From Amoebidium appalachense (lineage: Eukaryota > Protista > Ichthyosporea), in assembly GCA_963693365.1 (NCBI GenBank), contig CAVNZM010000012.1:1550001-1614000 (forward strand): 64,000 nucleotides of DNA, read 5' to 3'. Positions 57,241 through 64,000 of the stretch are shown piece by piece. The notes under the pieces were generated by a model that saw only the letters and a program-made list of their open reading frames with translations, was not told where the DNA came from and made no database searches. Within the stretch, counting starts at the first letter, position 1, and each line of letters begins with the position of its first letter. Made by a program: the position numbers and the translations under genes.

Positions 57241-58085
57241 TTTAGGAGGGGGGGGGGGGGGGGGGGGGGGGAAGGGGGGAGAGTAGAAGTGATAAGGAGG
57301 GGGGATTGGGGGAGGGGGAGGGGGGAAAGGGGAGGGAGAGAGAGAGGAAAGAGTCTGCATGGGGTAACATGAGCGTACAGGCATCTGACTTTATTCCTTA
57401 TGCCCATTGCAGCAGAAAAAGAGGAGAAGGAGAAGAAGAGGAAGAGGAGGAAGGGCCAGCAGGGTGACTCACAGAAAGATGCCGAGTACGGGGTACTTAT
57501 CCCCCCCTGGGCTCTGCTTATGACGCATACTGTGCGCATGGATGATGTTGCATACTTGAATGTTTGCCTTTGCATGTGTCCTGCACCATGCTTCTCATCG
57601 TGTATGCGACTTCGTACCGTGTTCCGCATTCAAACCCCCCCAGTTTTTTTTCAGAGGTGTCCTTTCAGGACAGACCACTGTGTGCAAACCGCTTTACTTC
57701 CATGCAACCGGGCATGGTTGCTCTGTGTCGTGCATCTGTAAGCACATACACATTTTTCGCTGCACTGCATTAGTTTGCACACACATCTTCACCGTTTTGC
57801 TCACCTTGCTTGCATAAGCAACCCTGCTCGTCTTTGATCAAGACGGGTTGACCCTCCCAAGTTCAGTTGATGCTGCTGTCTGAGTTGGAGGAGTCGTATA
57901 TACGCGGGCTAAGGGGTCGAAACTCAGACGCAATTGATGACTTGGGCCCTCCCTGAGGATGGGCTCTGCTTATGACGCATACTGTGCGCATGGATGATGT
58001 TGCATACTTGAATGTTTGCCTTTGCATGTATCCTGCACCATGCTTCTCATCGTGTATGCGTACTTCGTACCGTGTTCCACATTCA

Positions 58086-58120
<35 letters not shown>

Positions 58121-58163
58121 TTTAAAAAGAAAATAGGTGCCGTCAACCACCACCAAGAATAAG

Positions 58164-58195
<32 letters not shown>

Positions 58196-58293
58196 CTCGT
58201 TTTGTGCATACTCTATTTGTGTGCTTTGTACTCTGGGTTGTGTTGTCCGTTATAAATTTGTGTTTCGTACTCTCTCAGGCATCCTAACCCCCT

Positions 58294-58333
<40 letters not shown>

Positions 58334-58973
58334 TACCCTTTTCCTGGTGCATGCTCGTCTAGGGTCATCCAAGAAAGAACAACAACTTATCCCCTTTTTT
58401 CACTCTACAATGTGTCTTTGTTTTCTTTCCCTTTCAACGCCGTCATTTCACCCCAAGAATAATATTCATCACCCCTGACCATGCTTCTCTTTTTCTTTTC
58501 TTTCCTTTCTTTTCCCCTTCCCCCCCCCCCCCCCCCCTTTTTTTTTCCCCTCCCATGCAGATGACGCGCGGTGTTGACTTTATCGACGTTGACTGGGTAG
58601 TAAACGTGGATTTCCCCACCCACGCCAACGCCTACGTGCACAGGGTGGGCCGTACTGCACGTGCAGGCAAACACGGAAACGCACTGTCCTTTGTGACCAA
58701 CCCGACACACCGTATGGTGTTGGAAAGAATAGAGAAGAAATTGAGAAGTATGTTTTGTCACCCCCCTGTTTCCCCCTCCCCCCCCCCCCCCCCCCCCCTC
58801 CCCTCCCTCCCTCACACTCACACACCCCACCCCACCTCACCCCCTTCACACACACATATTTGCATGCACAAACACACACGTGGTAGCAGACGCATGCTCA
58901 TGCACACACAGCATACACACACAGACACACACATCTCTCTCTCTCTCTCTCTGTCTTTCTCCCTCTCTCTCTG

Positions 58974-59036
<63 letters not shown>

Positions 59037-60351
59037 GTCAACCGTCATACAGATATTTTCCCAACCTTCCACGTCCCCCCCCCCCCCCACTGCTCTACAT
59101 ATGTTTCATGCTCGCTTGAACTCTTGCATGTGGACAGAGTCTACCTCACCTTGTCGTAACGTGAGTGTCAGGCCTTGCACACCTTGTTGTGTGCCTACTC
59201 TGCCCTCCCCCCCCCCCCCCCCCCCCTCCCCCTTCCCCTCGCGCGGGAGGATGAGCTCTGCTTGTTATGCATACCCCCTGCGTGGTTTGCACCCAACTTT
59301 ATGTTTTTCCGTTATCGTATTGTGTACTTCGCACTCTATGACAAATTCTAACCCCCCTCTCCCCCCACCCCCCTTTTTTTCCCACTTTACGTGTGTGTGT
59401 GTGTGCGTGTGTGCGTGTGCGTGTGTGTGCAGTCCACAGCAGCACGCAGAACAGCAGTGAGTCTGTGCTCAAACCTTACAAGTTCTCAACAAAGAAGGTT
59501 GAGGGGTTGCGCTACCGTGTGCAGGTACGTTTTTCTTTTCTTTTCTTCTTCTTCTTCTTTTTTTTTTTTTTTTTTGTAGTTGTTGTTGTTTTGGGGAAGA
59601 TATGTTGAACATGGCACCCCAACTCAAAACCAGGCCATCTTAGCGGTCGGTGCGTGGCCTCCGATGCATCGGTCGAAAACTGTATTTCATAGATAATGAG
59701 ACATAAAGCTTCCTGATTATGAGCCAATCAATCGGTCTTTTTGGATCAGTAATGGGTAATGAATGTTTTACTAGAGGTCAAAAACCAGGCAGTTTAAAAC
59801 CTATTAACTGTGTACATAAGCAGAGAAATTACGACATGATATAAAAAAATATATTATTTTCTTATAATATTATGTTGCAATTAGTTTGAATCATTCAAAA
59901 ACTTACGTGAAAGTTATACATTTGGCTATACCAAATACTTGTAGCCAATCAGAGAACAAATGTGCACTTTGCGATCACGAACCAGCAGAGCTGTTGATTG
60001 GCCGCACACTCACAATTATTGGACCTAACCAATCATTCTCTAACGGCAAAAGCACTATATCGCCTATGTTTTTGAAAGGTGAAAGAAAAGGTAGATTTAC
60101 GTTTAATGGCTTTTTGTCACTTCTAGAGCCAATGGGAACGTCCCGTAAAAAATATTGCACATTTTAGAACCAAGTCATCCCATTTAGCCACATTTGTTGA
60201 TTTCGCATTAATGAGGAAGATTTTATTTCTGACTATATTTGTATCAATCATCATATGTGTGTTTTTCAAAGTGAAAAAAAAAAACTATATTTCTGTTAGA
60301 AAAAAAAAAATATAGCTAAATGAAAATACTAGAAACATACATATATATATG

Positions 60352-60382
<31 letters not shown>

Positions 60383-61364
60383 ATATAATAGTTTTAATCT
60401 TGTATATAGTGTTTTTGTAGCACATTGTTCCAGAAAGCCATTGTATATACACCCCCTTATGATAGCGGGAGCACGTGGTCCGCCGCTAACTTGCCTGAGA
60501 TATGAGACGAGGTGAGAGATATGAGACGAGGTGGGATGAACAGGTCGATTTATGTTCAAGTATAACTCACACCCCATTCATCTTTTTCTAACCCGATGTT
60601 TTTCCGCTTTGTTTCTTTGTCTCTCTCCCGTCCCAACCCTTCGAGTCTAACACTATAACCCTATTCCATTCACCTCCTTTCTCACTCTTTTCCCCTTGCA
60701 TTCTCTTTTTCTCTTTACATTCTCATTTTTAACCCTTTTTGGCATCAGTCTCATTTTAAACCCTTTTTGTCCTCAGGATGCTATCCGCAGTGTCACCAAG
60801 GCTGCAATCAAGAGGGCTCGTCTGAAGGAAATCAGGCAGGAGATTCTCAACTCACAAAAGTTGAAGGTGCACATACCAACCTCCCTCCCCCCCCCCCCCC
60901 CCCCCCCCCCCTCCCCCCGGCCGCTCCCCTGCTCCCCTGCTCTCCTGCTTCCCTTTTCGACGATCCTTTTCCAAGTGATGAGGGGGTGCGCGCACACATC
61001 CGAGTAACAGACAGATGTATGCTGCCCATTGCTCTCCACTTTCCTGCTGATGTGGATTCGTGTTGGTAATTTGCTTGCTGTTCTTTATACTGCCATTTTT
61101 TCGCTTTTTCGTCGTGTGTATATCAAGGGCTGGTTCTTGGTACTTGTGTTGAAGGATCCCCCCCCCCCCTCCCCCCTCCCCCCTCCCCCCCCCCCCCCCC
61201 CCCCCTCTTGTACTTTGCACTCTGTAACACACGCTAATCTCCCAGTCCCCCTTATCCTCTTTCCCACTTATGCTTACACATGCCTGAAAAAGGAAGAACA
61301 GCTAGGCAAACACACACACATACACACACGCACACACACACACACACGCACACACACACACACA

Positions 61365-61419
<55 letters not shown>

Positions 61420-61464
61420 ATACGCACACATACACACATACACATACACATACACACACAAACA

Positions 61465-61557
<93 letters not shown>

Positions 61558-61712
61558 ACACACACACAGGCGCACTTTGAAGACAACCCCAAGGATCTTC
61601 AGGTGCTCCGACACAACCAACAGCTGGACACCCGCCGCTTCAACCCCGCCCTTTCCTACATCCCGTCCTACCTCATGCCTTCAAAGGTATCACTCCCAAC
61701 CACCCACCCCTC

Positions 61713-61769
<57 letters not shown>

Positions 61770-62074
61770 ACACACACAGACGGACAGACGTACATACCTT
61801 CCCCCCTTTTTTTTTATTCTTGTGTGTGTGTAACTTGCACATTTTTGTTCGTTCTGCCTCTTGTTTCTTCCCCCCTCCCCCTCCTCCCCCCCCCCCCCCC
61901 CCCCCCCCCCTCCCCCTAGTCCAGTAACCCTCGCTCCCTTCCCTGGCACACCCACCCGTCCACGTGTCCATGTGCATTTGTTTTGCCTGAACTGTTTTGT
62001 GGTAACTGTATTCGCCTTATGTCTATTCCATTTCGTCGGGTTTCTTCCGTCCACCACATTCTAATTTACCACTT

Positions 62075-62108
<34 letters not shown>

Positions 62109-63016
62109 TTGGGCCCTCTCTGAGAATGGGCTCTGCTTGTACGCATACTGTGGCCCCCCCTCCCCCCTCCCCCCTCCCCCCCCCCCTGTGGATGACGTGC
62201 GCCCCCCTGAGGATGGGCTCTGCTCAAGATGTCTCTTTATGTATGGTTTGCATTCTGCATCGTGTTATCCGTTGTTCATGTGTACTTCGTACCTTACGAC
62301 GCATTCAAACCCCCCCCCCCCCCCCCCCCCCCCCCCTCCCCCCCCCCCCCCCCCCCCCCCCCCCTGCGCACCGGGACACATGTCACCACTCCGATGCTCG
62401 AATCGTAACCCTTCCTCCCTCCCTCCGCTCTCCCCCCCCCCCTCTGGCTGATGTTGCATACTTGAATGTTTGCCTTTGCATGTGTCCTGCACCATGCTTC
62501 TCATCGTGCATGCTTACTTCGTACCGTGTTCCGCATTCAAACCCCCCAAGTCTTCTTTCAGAGGTGTCCTTTCAGGACAGACCACTGTGTGGAGACCGCT
62601 TTACTTCCATGCAACCGGGCATGGTTGCTCTGTGTCGTGCATCTGTAAGCACATACACATTTTTCGCTGCACTGCTTTAGTTTGCACACACATCTTCACC
62701 GTTTTGCTCACCTTGCTTGCATAAGCAACCCTGCTCGTCTTTGATCAAGACGGGTTGACCCTCCCAAGTTCAGTTGATGCTGCTGTCTGTGTTGGAGAGT
62801 CGTATATACGCGGGCTAAGGGGTCGAAACTCAGACGCAATTGATGACTTGGGCCCTCCCTGAGGATGGGCTCTGCTTATGACGCATACTGTGCGCATGGC
62901 TGATGTTGCATACTTGAATGTTTGCCTTTGCATGTGTCCTGCACCATGCTTCTCATCGTGCATGCTTACTTCGTACCGTGTTCCGCATTCAAACCCCCCC
63001 CCCCTCCCCCCCTACC

Positions 63017-63065
<49 letters not shown>

Positions 63066-63209
63066 ACACACACACACCCACAGGCCGAACTCAGTGTAGA
63101 CAAGGAGGCGCTGGCCAACCAACACGCTCCGGCAAAGACCTTCAGCCATGCCGAAAACCTGAAAAGGAAACAGTCTGAGAGATCATCTTCAAACACCCAC
63201 CAGCACAAG
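48842..63209 (+). CDS. DDX56: DEAD-box RNA helicase DDX56/Dbp9 (3' end beyond the window)
   Basis: Exons 48842-48977, 49468-49586, 50416-50509, 51161-51224, 51809-51881, 53134-53280, 53758-53861, 54319-54430, 54844-54908, 55537-55646, 56370-56570, 57413-57492, 58561-58747, 59433-59524, 60777-60866, 61570-61686, 63084-63209 join in frame (639 codons). Motifs: [42 protein letters not shown], plus the Dbp9-typical [34 protein letters not shown]. Confidence 0.95.
51992..52391 (+). mobile_element. Hammerhead-bearing retrozyme-like repeat, subfamily B, ~0.9 unit (DDX56 intron 5)
   Basis: GUU 52190-52192, GAAA 52224-52227, CUGAGGA 52258-52264. Near-identical to the copies at 57508 and 62445, with C tracts on both sides. 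Confidence 0.85.
53389..53702 (+). mobile_element. Two decayed 3' fragments of the hammerhead repeat family (~53389-53525, ~53597-53702)
   Basis: gaggatgtgctctgcctgtaatgcatac... and gagaatgggctctgcatgttatgtatac...ccgttatgaatgcgtacttcgt, each next to poly-C. Confidence 0.6.
57508..58087 (+). mobile_element. Hammerhead-bearing retrozyme-like repeat, subfamily B, ~1.3 units of a 452-453 nt monomer (DDX56 intron 12)
   Basis: 57508-57634 is repeated at 57960-58087. Ribozyme strands: GUU 57884-57886, GAAA 57919-57922, CUGAGGA 57953-57959. Stem I ggagg/cctcc, stem III gtctgagt/actcagac. Starts 15 nt after the exon-12 donor. Confidence 0.88.
59245..59352 (+). mobile_element. Decayed 3' fragment of the hammerhead repeat family
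   Basis: gaggatgagctctgcttgttatgcatac...tgtgtacttcg...attctaa followed by a C tract. Confidence 0.6.
62111..62309 (+). mobile_element. Two adjacent fragments of the hammerhead repeat family (62111-62152 B-like; 62187-62309 A-like)
   Basis: gggccctctctgagaatgggctctgc and ctgtggatgacgtgcgcccccctgaggatgggctctgc...gcattcaaa followed by poly-C. Confidence 0.75.
62445..62993 (+). mobile_element. Hammerhead-bearing retrozyme-like repeat, subfamily B, ~1.2 units of a 452-nt monomer (DDX56 intron 16)
   Basis: 62445-62541 is repeated at 62897-62993 (offset 452). GUU 62791-62793, GAAA 62825-62828, CUGAGGA 62859-62865. One mismatch in stem III. Confidence 0.88.
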
Positions 63210-63485
63210 GTATCACATCGTGCCCCTAAAACACGTGTGCAAACACGCGCGCACACACACTGACATACACACACCTGGTGGAGTCATGATTATGTATCGT
63301 ACTACATCCATCCATCCCCCCCCCCCCCACCCCCCACCCCCCTCGCCCGCCTGGCCCCTCTTCTTCTCACACACACACATACACACACACACTCTCTCTC
63401 TCTCTCTCTCTCCCCCCCCCCCCCTTCCTCCGTCCCTCCCTCTCTCCCTCTCTCTCCTTCCCCCCCTCCCCCCGACACACACACA

Positions 63486-63587
<102 letters not shown>

Positions 63588-63949
63588 ACCATAAGATTAA
63601 AAGGGGACGAGGCTTTGGTGCAGGGGAAGTTGAGAAACCAAATTTGTTGGGGTATATGACAATGATGGAGAATATAGAACAGTGTTTCTGGCGCGCACAC
63701 TCAGACTTTTAACCTTGCACAGGCTAAGAAAGCAAAACAGGACCCACTCAAGAGCTTCTCCCTCTCCAGGGGCTCGAAACAACAACAAAAGGTATATTAC
63801 CCCCCTCTCCCCCACTACATTTACTCTGTGTGTTAACTCCCTTCCGCAAAGGTTGCATTGTGTTGTCCGTCATAAATGTGTACTTTCTACTCTTCAAGGC
63901 AGACCTACTCACCCCCCTCCCCCTCCCCCCCCCCTTCCCCCCCCCCCGT

Positions 63950-64000
<51 letters not shown>

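Noticed and set aside
57934-57957. Box C/D snoRNA reading of the repeat (TGATGA...CTGA), tempting in introns of a ribosome-biogenesis gene
   Set aside because: Only 12 nt separate the boxes, TGATGA is not kept at that position in subfamilies A or C, and the dispersed, 5'-truncated, redundant copies behave like a retroelement.
57508-58087. LTR retrotransposon/TRIM reading of the direct repeats
   Set aside because: There are no TG...CA ends, PBS, PPT or TSD, and the repeat length differs between copies (about 127 vs 97 bp) while the period stays 452-453.

Overview
Intron-rich eukaryotic genomic DNA, saturated with (CA)n/(GT)n, (CT)n and poly-C/poly-G tracts, so nearly all ORFs in the supplied track are low-complexity artefacts. 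The gene content looks like a unicellular opisthokont or other protist, but the taxon cannot be fixed from this window. By reading GT-AG splice sites I reconstructed these genes: two head-to-head 7TM receptors of the cAMP-receptor-like/Git3 type plus an orphan last exon of a third, a RING-like membrane protein, ATP23 (with an inverted duplicate of its last exon), a secretory-pathway LRR protein ending in REEL, an intronless orphan ORF, and DDX56/Dbp9 (17 exons, running off the window). The main finding is a non-coding repeat family with about 17 copies, all intronic and all sense to the host gene. It carries the three strands of a hammerhead ribozyme (GUU site; GAAA; CUGANGA) in a scrambled, non-circularly permuted order, and the helices are supported by covariation across three divergent subfamilies. 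The best-preserved copies are longer than one 452-nt unit, share a fixed 3' end running into poly-C, and have variable 5' ends. This pattern fits a retrozyme-like circular RNA that retrotransposes into C/G homopolymers. Catalysis, circularity and mobility are inferred, not shown.
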